A stretch of DNA of 57,204 nt from an uncultured Clostridia bacterium. GTDB lineage: Bacteria; Bacillota; Clostridia; TANB77; CAG-508. Made by a program: the position numbers and the translations under genes. The notes beneath the pieces were generated by a model that worked only from the letters and a program-made list of their open reading frames with translations, was not told the DNA's origin and did no database searches. Each line of letters begins with the position of its first letter. Positions within the stretch are counted from its first letter, which is position 1. Shown piece after piece: positions 1 to 10,800 of this stretch. The stretch is from the NCBI GenBank assembly GCA_947631495.1, contig CANRLO010000003.1, forward strand, positions 1-57,204, given 5' to 3'.

Positions 1-613
1 TATTTTATCCATTGGTACCATAGAAACAATTTCTTGTGCATTTTTTGAGTTTTTAAAGGTAATTGGGCCTGCAAATGAAATATAATATCCTAGTTTTAGT
101 GCTTCTTTTACCAACTCTCTATTTAGTGGGCAACAATGAAAGACTCCTCTTTTCTTTACCTCGTGCTCTTTTAACATTTCTAATGTATCTTGAACCGCTT
201 CTCTTGTATGAATGACAATTGGTAATTTATATAAATTTGCAAGTTCAATTTGTTTTTGAAACATTTCCTTTTGAATTTCTTTATTTTCCTTATTCCAATA
301 GTAGTCCAGACCTATTTCTCCTACTGCTACTATTTTTTTATTTTCATTTTGCTGCAACATGCTTTCTATTTCTTGTAACATTGCCTTTATATTTTTATTA
401 TTCTCTGGTACATCATTTGGAGATATTCCACAAATGCTATATATAAATGGATATTTTTTTGAAAGCTCTATACTAAATTTTGAAGATGTAATATCATATC
501 CGAACGCAATTCCATTTACTTATTCCTTCTTCTTTCGTCTGTTTTATAATTTGTTCACGGTCATCATTAAATTTTTCATCATTATAGTGTGAGTGTGAGT
601 CAAAGAATTCCAT
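1..613 (-). CDS. tatD: TatD family deoxyribonuclease, 5' part (runs off the window). Needs a +1 shift at CGG 500-502.
   Basis: RBS GGAGG precedes ATG at 613: MEFFDSHSHYND...WNCV-CGG-ATA-TGA. Skipping the C gives GYDITSSK...ICGISPND...VAVGEIGLDYY...LPIVIHTREA...GVFHCC, which are TatD motifs. Confidence 0.9.
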
Positions 614-729
614 TTTTACCTCCGTTTAACTTTATAATACAACAACTCAAGAAGTAATACCTCCTGAGTTGTTCTAAAAGTTAATAGTTACATATTGTAT
701 TATAGCTTTTATAAAATGTCAAACATATA

Positions 730-1107
730 TTATTTTACAGTAACAACGCATGTTGCTATTGCATATTCTTTTAAATGTGAAAGACTAATGTCTATTTGCT
801 CTATGCTAGTACAAAATTTTTTATTTAAAAATTCTACTTGTGGCTTTCCTTGTTCATTATTTACGATTTGTACGTCAGTCCATGTTATTTCATATTTGTT
901 TTCTAGTGTTTCTGAAATTGCTTTAAAAATTGCTTCTTTGGCTGCAAAACGAGCTGCAAAATGTTGATATTTCATTTGTTTTTTGCTATTGCAATATTCT
1001 ATTTCAAAAGGAGTATAAATTTTGTTTAAAAAGTTTTCTCCTAAGGTTTCAATTGATTCTTGAATTCTATTAACTTCAATTATGTCTGTTCCACAAGTGA
1101 TTTTCAT
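730..1107 (-). CDS. acpS: Holo-[acyl-carrier-protein] synthase
   Basis: GTDIIEVNRI, AARFAAKEA, ISLSH and GKP motifs. Confidence 0.95.
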   Translation of the reverse strand: MKITCGTDIIEVNRIQESIETLGENFLNKIYTPFEIEYCNSKKQMKYQHFAARFAAKEAIFKAISETLENKYEITWTDVQIVNNEQGKPQVEFLNKKFCTSIEQIDISLSHLKEYAIATCVVTVK

Positions 1108-1192
1108 TGTTTAGTTTTCCTTTCCTGTGTTCTAATTAAATGGCTAAATTTATTTATCAAATTAAGTAAAATATAAAATTTTTCTATATCTT

Positions 1193-2437
1193 TTAGTCTA
1201 AATTTAAAAATAATAATACAAAATTCACAATATTAAAAATTAAGGCTCCTATTAAAACAACTAATAAAATACGATTTATTTTTTGCGTTTTTTCAATATT
1301 CAAATCTTTATATGCTATATCATATTGTTCTCTTATATTTTCAGACAAGTCTTCTAATTCTAATGTTTGTTTCCACTTGTTGCAAAGCATACTTCCTTGT
1401 TCGTTTTGAGTAATTTCTTGCATTTCTATATTTTTCATAAAGTTTAATAATTCTTCTCTTGCTTTTTTTATATTTTTGCCTTTTTTTAATTCTAATTGAA
1501 TTTTTTTTAGGTAAATTTTCTTATATAGTAACAATAAATATGTATATAGATATTCCTGCTCATATGCAAATGGTAATTTCGTATAATTTTCAGTGTTAAT
1601 GCTTGAAGTAAGCATGGCAGTACCTTGTTTAGTGAAACCAATTTTTACATATTTTAGTGGTTCTATTGTTTGTTTTTCATATATTTCTTCCGTATAATTC
1701 ACTTGATGATTGCTTGGCAGAATATTACTAAATTTCATAAATTCTTCTTTTAAATTATTAAAGTCTTCTTCTTTATTCCAATTTTCTTGTTCTAAACATA
1801 CATAAGAATAAGTAAGAAATCTCTCTTTTTCGAGGTTCATTTCTTTTGCATCTTTACTTGGAAATGTAATGTTTTGAATAATATTAGTTAATTCTTTTAT
1901 ATCTTTTAAATCATTAGTTTGAATGCGAATGTTTTCATAGTTTTTCAATGAATTGCTTTTAGAATTAATATCTCGGAATTTATAATTAAAATTTAATACA
2001 TCTTCAAAGTCATTTTCATTTTCAATGATTGTTTTAAATACTAGAAAACATATTCCTGTTTTAAAGCATACTATTTCCATTTTTGAAATGTCAAAAAAGA
2101 TGCCATTTTTTTCTCCTACTTTTCCTTGTACTTCTTTTCCTAATGTATATTCAAACATATTGCAAGAATACTTAGCAAGTAAAGCAGATTTCATACCATT
2201 ATCTAATTTTTCTAACTGCTTTCTTTGTTCTTCATTATAAAGGAAAGATGAAAATAAATAATTTCTTACGCTTGGTAAAAAATAAGTATAAATATTGAAA
2301 TCTTTTTCTTTTTCCCATATTTTTAATGTGCAATGCTTATCTTTTAATAATTTTAATAAATATTGTTCATACTTTTTTTCGTCAATTACATAAGGATAAA
2401 TAAAATAGGAATATTGGTATTTTATCTTTCGTTCCAT
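1193..2437 (-). CDS. Hypothetical membrane-anchored protein with a C-terminal TM helix (possibly CorA-like architecture)
   Basis: 414-aa ORF with RBS AGGAGG and a hydrophobic C-terminus. Confidence 0.7.
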   Translation of the reverse strand: MERKIKYQYSYFIYPYVIDEKKYEQYLLKLLKDKHCTLKIWEKEKDFNIYTYFLPSVRNYLFSSFLYNEEQRKQLEKLDNGMKSALLAKYSCNMFEYTLGKEVQGKVGEKNGIFFDISKMEIVCFKTGICFLVFKTIIENENDFEDVLNFNYKFRDINSKSNSLKNYENIRIQTNDLKDIKELTNIIQNITFPSKDAKEMNLEKERFLTYSYVCLEQENWNKEEDFNNLKEEFMKFSNILPSNHQVNYTEEIYEKQTIEPLKYVKIGFTKQGTAMLTSSINTENYTKLPFAYEQEYLYTYLLLLYKKIYLKKIQLELKKGKNIKKAREELLNFMKNIEMQEITQNEQGSMLCNKWKQTLELEDLSENIREQYDIAYKDLNIEKTQKINRILLVVLIGALIFNIVNFVLLFLNLD

Positions 2438-2507
2438 CTCTTCCTCCTAAACACAACGTTTAAAATTTATTATCATAGGAAATAGGGCTAGTTTATAGCC
2501 CTTTTCC

Positions 2508-4031
2508 TTATTTTGTATAATAATTTGCATTAATATCTGCTGCTAAATGCCATTGATTTATAAAATCGACTACTAATACATTTTCCAATGTATATTTACA
2601 TTCACATACAACTTTTCCTTTGGCATCTAAGCTGCCCCATTTTCCATCTTTTTTAACTGCTACATAACCATATTTATTTTGCTCAGTTGCATCTTCATAA
2701 ATATAATCTACAACGACAACGCCTTTTTCATTTACATAGCCGTATTTACCGTCTTTTTTGCTTAAGAAAATAGTATTTGTTGCTAGCATTTCTGTATTTT
2801 CTTTTTGCTCTAATTTAAAGTTATAATATTTGTATTCTCCATTTTCTCTTACACGAATATAGTTCTTGTCTTGATTTATTTCTGCAATTAAACCTGTTAC
2901 TTTTACATTAAAGTTTTTATCTAATATTTGTGACTCTATGCTATCACTCTTTTCTACTTGGAATACTCCTATATTAGATAAATAGGTAATATTGCTATAG
3001 TCAAATGGAAGTGCTTCTTGTTTATCTATTGTTATAACTCCATATTTTCCATCTTTTTGTGCAATATAATAGTTAGAAAATGCATAAGTTAAATTTTCAT
3101 ATTCTGCTGGGATTTTTTCTTCTCCTTCTTTATTAATAATGCCATATTTTTCATTTATTTTTATAACAAAGTTATCTACATTTATTTCTTTTACTTCATT
3201 AAATTTATTTTCTATGAAGGACTCTCCACTAGCATTTACTACTTTTACTATATTTGCATCTCTTACTACATACATTCCATTTCCATAGATATGGCTTATT
3301 TCATCATATTTTGGTTCTATAGCTACTGTGGTATCATAATTAATAATTCCATATTTACCTTGTTCATTTTTTACAATAAATCCATCTTCATATTTTTCTG
3401 TAAGAGATGTAATTTCTACATACTCATTTAGAATGATTACTTTTCCCATACTGTCTACTAAGCCTTTTTTTCCATTTGTTGTGGTAATAAATACAGATTT
3501 AGTTCCTATAATTGGCTCAATTGCATCTTGCGTGCAACTTAAAAGTTCTTTTCCTTCTAAGTTAATAAGTCCGTATTTTCCATCCTTTTGTACTTTTAAT
3601 ACATTATTTTCATACCATAAATTATTGTTTTTATCGTGATTATCAATTGCTTCTACTTTGTCATATTCTCCAAATATAACTTTGCTTTTTTCATTGATTG
3701 CTTTTGAAGTATAAGTACCATCGTTATAATTTACATTTTCTGTACAAATGAAAATTGGTTTTGTATTATCTGGAATGGTAATCATTTCTTCGTAAGTTGG
3801 TTGTATTACTCTATTTCCTTTGGTATCAATTACTCCCCATTTGCCTTCTTCGTAAACCGTGTAATAAGCTAACGAGAATGCTTTTTCATTAAGGTTCGAA
3901 TCTCCTTTTAATAATTCTCTAATTCCTATAAAAAACATAATAATGACTAAAAATGCCATAATTACTGCAATTACTTTTTTTATATTTAGCTTTCGTTCTC
4001 CATTATACCTTCTGGCTCTAGCTCTTCTCAT
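2508..4031 (-). CDS. WG-repeat protein with an N-terminal membrane anchor
   Basis: Repeated GKWGVID/GKYGLIN/GKYGYVN motifs and the TM segment IAVIMAFLVIIMFFIG. The start is uncertain (4031 or 4073). Confidence 0.85.
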   Translation of the reverse strand: MRRARARRYNGERKLNIKKVIAVIMAFLVIIMFFIGIRELLKGDSNLNEKAFSLAYYTVYEEGKWGVIDTKGNRVIQPTYEEMITIPDNTKPIFICTENVNYNDGTYTSKAINEKSKVIFGEYDKVEAIDNHDKNNNLWYENNVLKVQKDGKYGLINLEGKELLSCTQDAIEPIIGTKSVFITTTNGKKGLVDSMGKVIILNEYVEITSLTEKYEDGFIVKNEQGKYGIINYDTTVAIEPKYDEISHIYGNGMYVVRDANIVKVVNASGESFIENKFNEVKEINVDNFVIKINEKYGIINKEGEEKIPAEYENLTYAFSNYYIAQKDGKYGVITIDKQEALPFDYSNITYLSNIGVFQVEKSDSIESQILDKNFNVKVTGLIAEINQDKNYIRVRENGEYKYYNFKLEQKENTEMLATNTIFLSKKDGKYGYVNEKGVVVVDYIYEDATEQNKYGYVAVKKDGKWGSLDAKGKVVCECKYTLENVLVVDFINQWHLAADINANYYTK

Positions 4032-4216
4032 ATTTTCTATCAATCCCTTCTTGCTTATAGCAATATTGTACATTTTATAAATTCATTTTTATTATTCATT
4101 ATGAAAATTGTATAATTTTGCTCAGCAATTTTTCTTTTCTTTACTATACCATATTTCGCCATAAAAAAACAAGGTTTTACACCTTGTTTCTTTTATTTTT
4201 CTTATTTTTTTGTTCC

Positions 4217-4259
4217 AAAAGGGACAGATGACACAAAAGGAAACGTCCCTTTTGTATCA
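4217..4259. repeat. GGGAC...GTCCC palindromic REP-like element, family B
   Basis: AAAAGGGACAGATGACACAAAAGGAAACGTCCCTTTT abuts the spoIIE stop. Related copies lie at 27486, 27821 and 47611. Confidence 0.75.
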
Positions 4260-6743
4260 TTTTATTTTTGCTACGATGACTGTCATGTCGTCTTTTGGCT
4301 TGCCATAGTTGTTATCTATAGCTTCTTGCAATATGATGTCTGCTATTTTTTGTACGTCGTCGGTTTCTATTTCTTCTAGTAAGAATTTTAACCATAGTTC
4401 TTTATTCGTGTATTCTTCTGTAGATTCTATGATTCCATCTGTGCACATTACTAATATATCGCCTGTTTGTAAGTCTTTGTCATATACTACTAGGTCTATG
4501 TCATTTAAAATTCCTGTTGGCAAGGATAGTGATTTTAGTACTTGTACATTACGTCCGTTTTTTACATAGGTTGGGCATGCTCCGTTTTTTATGAATTCTA
4601 AGTTTCCTGCATATAAGTCGAAGATTCCCATATCTAGTGTAGCATACATATCTTCTTCGCTAATTGTATTTAATGTAGAGTTAATTAGTTTTAAAGAAGA
4701 ATCTTTATCAAAACCTGAGGATAATAATCTTTCTAGCATTGTTATTGCTGTTTTACTTGCTTTTTGTGCTTCTTTTCCTGAACCTTTTCCATCACTTAGA
4801 GCAAGTAGATATTTTCCGTCTTCTAATTTTGTTTGTAATAAAGTATCTCCTGAAATGTTAGAGCCTAATTTTGTTTGCTTTGCTATTCCAATTTGAAGTG
4901 TTTGTTTATCTTGTGATATGTAGGTATAGGCACATTCTTGCATTTTTGCTCTAAGAGCACATTCTTGTTTTTGCAATATCATATTTTCGCCATATATTTT
5001 ATTTAAAATTCTTCCCATTTTCTTTACATCACATGTTGGCTTTTCTAGTGTATCACAAGGTTTTGTATATAATACTACTTTTATTCTTCCAGATGGCTCT
5101 TTCTTTATAGTAATATTTTGTACTTCTATTTCTTTCTCTTGTAATAATGTTTTTATTTTTTCTTTTTCTTCTGCAAATGGTGTTTCTTCTTCTTTTTCTA
5201 TTTCACTTGCTAAGTTTCCAATTGCTTTTGATACTTCTTCTAATTGGCTAGATACTGATTTTTTATTTTCATCTAATTTTTTCTTCCAAATGAAGTTTAA
5301 TTTGCTTACTTTATAAGAATAGTTAATGGTTTTTACTATTTGTTCTATGTCTTGTTCTACTTGAGCATTAATATATTCTTTTTCATAACCTATAATATAA
5401 TTATTGTGTGAAGCTAGCGTATCTAATAAGTCCCTTCTTGTTATTTTTTCTTTTTCTAACAATAATTCAAAAATATCTTCTAATAAATTTTCTTCTGGCA
5501 TGTATATATCATCAAATAGTATGTTTTCTTCCATGCCCTCCATATCATTTTCTAGTTCTTTTTCAAAAATGGTAAAATTGTCTTCTTCTTGTTTTTTTAG
5601 TTGTTCTTCATCTACAATGGTTGCAGCTGCTTCTTCATAAGTTTTTGCCATTTCAAAAATGGTTTCTGACATGCTATTTAGTCTATAAATTGCTTCTTTA
5701 TTTTCTTCTAAAGTTCTACCTGCCGTATCTGGTAATAGTTTTACTTTTCCATATAAATCTTCAATGTTAATTTTGATACTTTTTGGAACAGCAAGCAAGC
5801 CTAAAGATGCTATTAATATTTCTTGCATTGCAATTAAAGATACGGTATTTCCATTTGTTACATACGAAATCAAAATATTGCCTAAAATAAATCCTAAGAT
5901 AACACCTATTTTTCCTAAATGATTGAAGATTCCAGCAAACATTCCTGATAATGCATAAGTAGCAATAATGCTAGGTTCTGCACCGCCTATTATTCCTACT
6001 ACACTTCCTATTGTAATACCTGAAGTTGCTCCTACTAGAATGCCGTTTTTCCAACCCATTATTAATACTATTAAAATACATAATATATTACGAACGGAGT
6101 AACCATATATACTAATATTTCCTATAGAACATATACTAATTGCTAACATTAAACTAGCACCTAATACTTCTTCAATAGAATAAGCTCTATTTTCGCCAAT
6201 ATTCATAATGATTGTAATACTATTTACAAATATTTTATAAAAGATGTAAGTTGCAATACTATATATCAATCCAAGTAATATGTCATATACCATTATATTT
6301 TTGAAAAACACTGGTACAATTTGTACTATTAAACAACTTATAAATAAACGTAGCCCTAATTTTCTTTTTTCATTATTTTGTGAGTCATATTTTGGTGCTT
6401 TTACTAAAATACTAACAAACACTAATAATAAGCTTAATAGCATTTTTAGCATAGCATTTCCACCAAAGGATACGCCAGTACCTATTAAAACAAAAATGCT
6501 AACTATTCCAATTGGAATATTACTTGCTAAAATTGCTACTAACATTGCCATTCCAAAAGGTGCTAATTCTTCATTTCCTCCAAAACTAACAAAAGAAAGT
6601 AAAAAAGACGTTATATATAATAGCACCATTTTTTTTGTAAAACATGCCTTTAATACTTCTTTTATTTTTTCTTTTCTATTAAATTCAACATCCTTATCAA
6701 GATTTTGATTTTCATTAAAATCTTTTGATATATTTTGAAACAT
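4257..6743 (-). CDS. spoIIE: Stage II sporulation protein E (membrane PP2C-type phosphatase)
   Basis: About 10 N-terminal TM segments and a C-terminal PP2C domain (SGD, LSDGKGSG, ATLD, TDGI, DDMTV); 828 aa. Confidence 0.9.
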   Translation of the reverse strand: MFQNISKDFNENQNLDKDVEFNRKEKIKEVLKACFTKKMVLLYITSFLLSFVSFGGNEELAPFGMAMLVAILASNIPIGIVSIFVLIGTGVSFGGNAMLKMLLSLLLVFVSILVKAPKYDSQNNEKRKLGLRLFISCLIVQIVPVFFKNIMVYDILLGLIYSIATYIFYKIFVNSITIIMNIGENRAYSIEEVLGASLMLAISICSIGNISIYGYSVRNILCILIVLIMGWKNGILVGATSGITIGSVVGIIGGAEPSIIATYALSGMFAGIFNHLGKIGVILGFILGNILISYVTNGNTVSLIAMQEILIASLGLLAVPKSIKINIEDLYGKVKLLPDTAGRTLEENKEAIYRLNSMSETIFEMAKTYEEAAATIVDEEQLKKQEEDNFTIFEKELENDMEGMEENILFDDIYMPEENLLEDIFELLLEKEKITRRDLLDTLASHNNYIIGYEKEYINAQVEQDIEQIVKTINYSYKVSKLNFIWKKKLDENKKSVSSQLEEVSKAIGNLASEIEKEEETPFAEEKEKIKTLLQEKEIEVQNITIKKEPSGRIKVVLYTKPCDTLEKPTCDVKKMGRILNKIYGENMILQKQECALRAKMQECAYTYISQDKQTLQIGIAKQTKLGSNISGDTLLQTKLEDGKYLLALSDGKGSGKEAQKASKTAITMLERLLSSGFDKDSSLKLINSTLNTISEEDMYATLDMGIFDLYAGNLEFIKNGACPTYVKNGRNVQVLKSLSLPTGILNDIDLVVYDKDLQTGDILVMCTDGIIESTEEYTNKELWLKFLLEEIETDDVQKIADIILQEAIDNNYGKPKDDMTVIVAKIK

Positions 6744-6791
6744 CCTTTACCACCTCTTACTTTTTTAATTTCATTTTCTTATTTGTTCTAA

Positions 6792-6903
6792 TGCTTGTCC
6801 TATTGTAAAATTTTTTCACTGCCTGTACTCTTATAATGTAAATTTTTATATTACTTGTACTCTTATAATGTAATTTTTTCATTGCTTGTACTATTGTAGT
6901 ACA
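6792..6903. repeat. Degenerate tandem repeats of about 28-31 bp upstream of spoIIE
   Basis: Four imperfect copies of TGCTTGTACTCTTATAATGTAATTTTTTCA. Confidence 0.6.
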
Positions 6904-7127
6904 AATAATTCTCATTATTTGTCGTTTTTAAGTATGAAATTAAAAAAGTTTTTTACAACTTGTGATATATTTTTCTCTTTTTTTATTTTTTTATTTCTTA
7001 TCCTTCTTTTGTTTTCTTGTATTTTATCGTAAAATAGGGAAAATTACAAGAGGTTCTAAGAAAAAAGCAACCCTTTTTCCATATTATACAAAAAGAGTGG
7101 TCTTCAAACCACTCTTTTCGTGTAACC

Positions 7128-7646
7128 TTAAGCTGTTTGCAAATAGACAGTTGTTTCATATTCAACACCATCTAATGTTAAAGTTAAGGTAACTTCTGTA
7201 GGTATTGTTAACGCTTCTTGTATATCCATACTATAAAAGCATTTTCCTTTTCCTACTGAGCATGCTATGCCAAAACCCATTGCAAGCTTTGCCTCTTTTT
7301 GTTCGTTAAAACATAGAACTAATTTATCTCCTTCTTGAAGTGTATAGTTTTGTCCATCTTCTAACAAACAACCTTCTTTTGTAATACTATTCCAAATGGT
7401 TAAAACAGGTTCTGTTCTTTCTACTGATTCTGCCCATTTCAATGCTGTTTGAAGTTCTTTGGAATAGATTTCATTACTTACTTGCTCTTCCGCTATTTCC
7501 TGTTGGATGAGCGGCCCTGGCAGTTCTACTTTAGGCTTCCTATCCGTTATTCCTATTGCCCGGATAATAAAGATAATAAGAAAACCAATAAGTATCATTT
7601 CTGCCAAAATTGCTATTTTTTCGGTGCATGCTTTGAATGTTGTCAT
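7128..7646 (-). CDS. Hypothetical exported/membrane protein (ORFan) with an in-frame CGG at 7560-7562
   Basis: RBS AAGGAGGA, N-terminal TM helix, 172 aa. Confidence 0.65.
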   Translation of the reverse strand: MTTFKACTEKIAILAEMILIGFLIIFIIRAIGITDRKPKVELPGPLIQQEIAEEQVSNEIYSKELQTALKWAESVERTEPVLTIWNSITKEGCLLEDGQNYTLQEGDKLVLCFNEQKEAKLAMGFGIACSVGKGKCFYSMDIQEALTIPTEVTLTLTLDGVEYETTVYLQTA

Positions 7647-7784
7647 TTTTTAAATCCTCCTTATTTAAAGAAAATTTTATATACCTACTATACCTTTTAT
7701 TATACCACTTTTGTAAGAATTTGTCAAAGTTGACTCATTCTAAAATCAGTTCACTCTAAGGATAGCTCAATTTTTCTCAAAAAA

Positions 7785-7837
7785 GCGAGCCTAAGATTTT
7801 CTAGCAAATAGAAATTTTAAGAAAATCTAAGGCTCGC
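7785..7837. repeat. 53-bp palindromic dispersed repeat, family A (probable terminator)
   Basis: GCGAGCCTAAGATTTTC...GAAAATCTAAGGCTCGC. Homologous copies lie at 18891-18943, 54221-54271 and 56489-56520. Confidence 0.8.
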
Positions 7838-7866
7838 CATATTCAGCCGTCTATTTTTTATTTATA

Positions 7867-10800
7867 TTATTGTTTTAAAACCTTCTTTTTAATAAAGATG
7901 ATTCCTCCTACAATAATTCCTGCTGCTACAATTACAACAAATGCAATTATCATGTAAATACCTGCATTACCAAATGGTGGTAAGATTTTTACTACTTCTG
8001 CGCGGTCGGTATCAATTTCTTGTGGTTCTTTTGTTGGGTCTTGATTTCCGACAACTGAGAATTCATTTCTTCTACCTGCTGTATTATTTGTTTTTACAAT
8101 TTCTACGATGTTGCGATAACTTAAGTCATCTGTAGTATTTTCTGGTGTAATAACTTGTGTTAATACTAATGAAATACTATCTGTAGTGTCTTTTGCATTT
8201 TTGTTTACTTTATCTTTATATACAGTTGGTACTAAATATTCATTTAGTTTGTCTGTAATAAGGATTGTATTATAGTTTTCTACTGCACTTTCAAGTCCTT
8301 TATTAATTAAACCACTACTAATTAATGCATCTTTGTTTGTTAGTGACCAATCTAAATTAGCATTATCATTTGCATTAAATTGTAAATTGTTTGCTACATA
8401 GTCTACGACTTGTATTGCTTTTGTTTTTACAACTGTGTTTACGTCTTTAACTTGACCTGTATAGTAGAAACTATTTTCTTGATAATCTACCTCTCCTATA
8501 TTACCTGCTCTAATAGCATAGCTAATTTGAATTGTTGCACCATGCATTAATTCTTCATCCATACTAATTTGAACTAAACCAACTCTTTCTGCATTTTGTT
8601 TTCTAATGTTAGCTAAAGTTCCAAATACAGCTGGGTCCATTAAGGTTTGGTTATTACTATATGGTTTATGTTCTTTCCATAATACATTTGTTGTTGGTCC
8701 TGTTGTATCAAATAGAATTGTTCCATCTGCTAGTGTAAGTTTAACACGTGTTACCTTTTTATCAATTGCAATTTGTGCTTTTGGTCTTTCTTCTAGTCCT
8801 AAGTCTAAGTTATTTAAAGCATAAGTTGTTTTATTATTTACTTCTTGTCCTCCTGTTTGCTCTCTGTTGTATTCTATTTCCATTACCATTACACCAGTTT
8901 CTGCTGTCATTTTTGTGTTATCTATTAATTCCTTAATTAGAGATTCCATTTGAGCTTTGGTATATGCTTTTCCTGCATAAGTTGGTAAGTCACGGAAAGA
9001 AGCAAGTACTTCTGCTTGACGGTTCGTAATGTCACCTTTTGAGTAATTTACTACTTTATCTCTTATACTCTTAATATCTTTTGCATCTGATACATTAGAC
9101 TTTTTATCTGATTCAGTTGTATCATATAAGTAAGTTCCTGTTTCGTTGTTAGATGCATCTGCTTTAAATGTAGGGATTTCTTTTAGAACTCCTCCTAATG
9201 TTTCTTGTCCTAAATTCCATGTAGAATTGTTTCTCCATGTATAGTTTTTATTTTGAGTAATTCCTGCTTGGTAAGTCGTTGATTTATAATCTTGACCATT
9301 ATAAGATTTTTCATTTAATCCTGTTCTTCCTAATGTTTTATTTACATCATTAGCATCTTTAGTTAATACAGTTTTTTCTGTATCACCATAAATGAATCTT
9401 ACAATATATTTACCTGGTATGAAAGATTTGAATGCATATGCTCCATCATGGTTTTCTCCAAAGTTATAGTTTTGTACTAATCCATTATAGTCAATAATTG
9501 GTTTAGTACTACTTGCTGTTCCAGAACCATTTTCAAAAGTTCTCCAAACGAATTCTCTACCATTATCCATTATTTCTACTAATTGTACAGTAACACCATT
9601 GATACGTTTTTCATTATCTTGTTTTATACCGTCACCTGTTGTTGTAGCTCCAATTGTTTTTGTTCTTTCATCTTCCCATACAACACCAGATATAACTCTG
9701 TTTGCACTATCTTCTCTATATAGTTTTAAGCGTAAGTTTGGCGCTTTATCGGTATCGTCTTCAAAGTTTTGATAATTAATTGTTTTGTCCTTTGGTACAT
9801 CATTTGGTTCTAGATTTCCTGGTTTTGAATCTACATCAATAATTCCTGCTGGTGTATTTCCTACATCTCCTGCATTTGGAATTCTAGTTCCTGATGCATA
9901 TCTTGTATAATATCCATTTATTTCAACAATGTTTTCTTTTCCTACACCAATAGCATTTCCATTTTGGAAATCCTCATCTAATTTTAACCATGCTTCGTTA
10001 TCTCTAACATCTTTCTTAACTCTAAATGTTAAATATACATATGCTATTTGACCACCATTTAAGTAAGTACCATCTAATCCTTCAATATACATCTTATTAT
10101 ATCCATTTAGATTAATTTCTGTTGTAGAACCATAACGACTATTGTTTTGTGTTCTAACAGATGATTTAGAACCATTTCTACCAATTTGAATATAAGAACG
10201 AGAATCTATATATTCATAATCTGAATCATAGTAATCTACTAATTCATTTACTCTCATTTGAATACTTAATGATTGGTTAAGTACCATAATTTTATAAGTA
10301 ACATATACTTCTAGCTCATCATTTTTTGTTTTTCCATAGTCTGCAAAGTTTGTACCATAATTAGTTACTTTATATAAGTAATCTGATTTGTAAATTTCTC
10401 TTGAATAGTTAGTATTATAATAACTATCAGATAATCTTACACTAATATCCCATGTTCCATCTGCGCCTGGCTTATTTTCCAATGTGTTATATGTATATTC
10501 TTGTTTTTGTCCATTAATTTCTAAGCTTACTTTTTCAATATCTTTCTTTATTGCTAAGTCTGCTTCTTGTCTTGGATGTAAACCAAGGTTGATACAAGAA
10601 ATATTATTACTATTAAAATATAATGGATAATATGGACCTAGTTCTGGTGATTTACTTGCCAATATTGCATTGTTAATTACAAATTCTGGATTTACTGGAT
10701 ACAAATCATGAGCACCTGTTCCATTTCCTGTACTTGCTGTGATTTGACAATCTTTTACAAATTGAATCATTTTTTGAGTTAATGCATTGCTTGAATTTTG

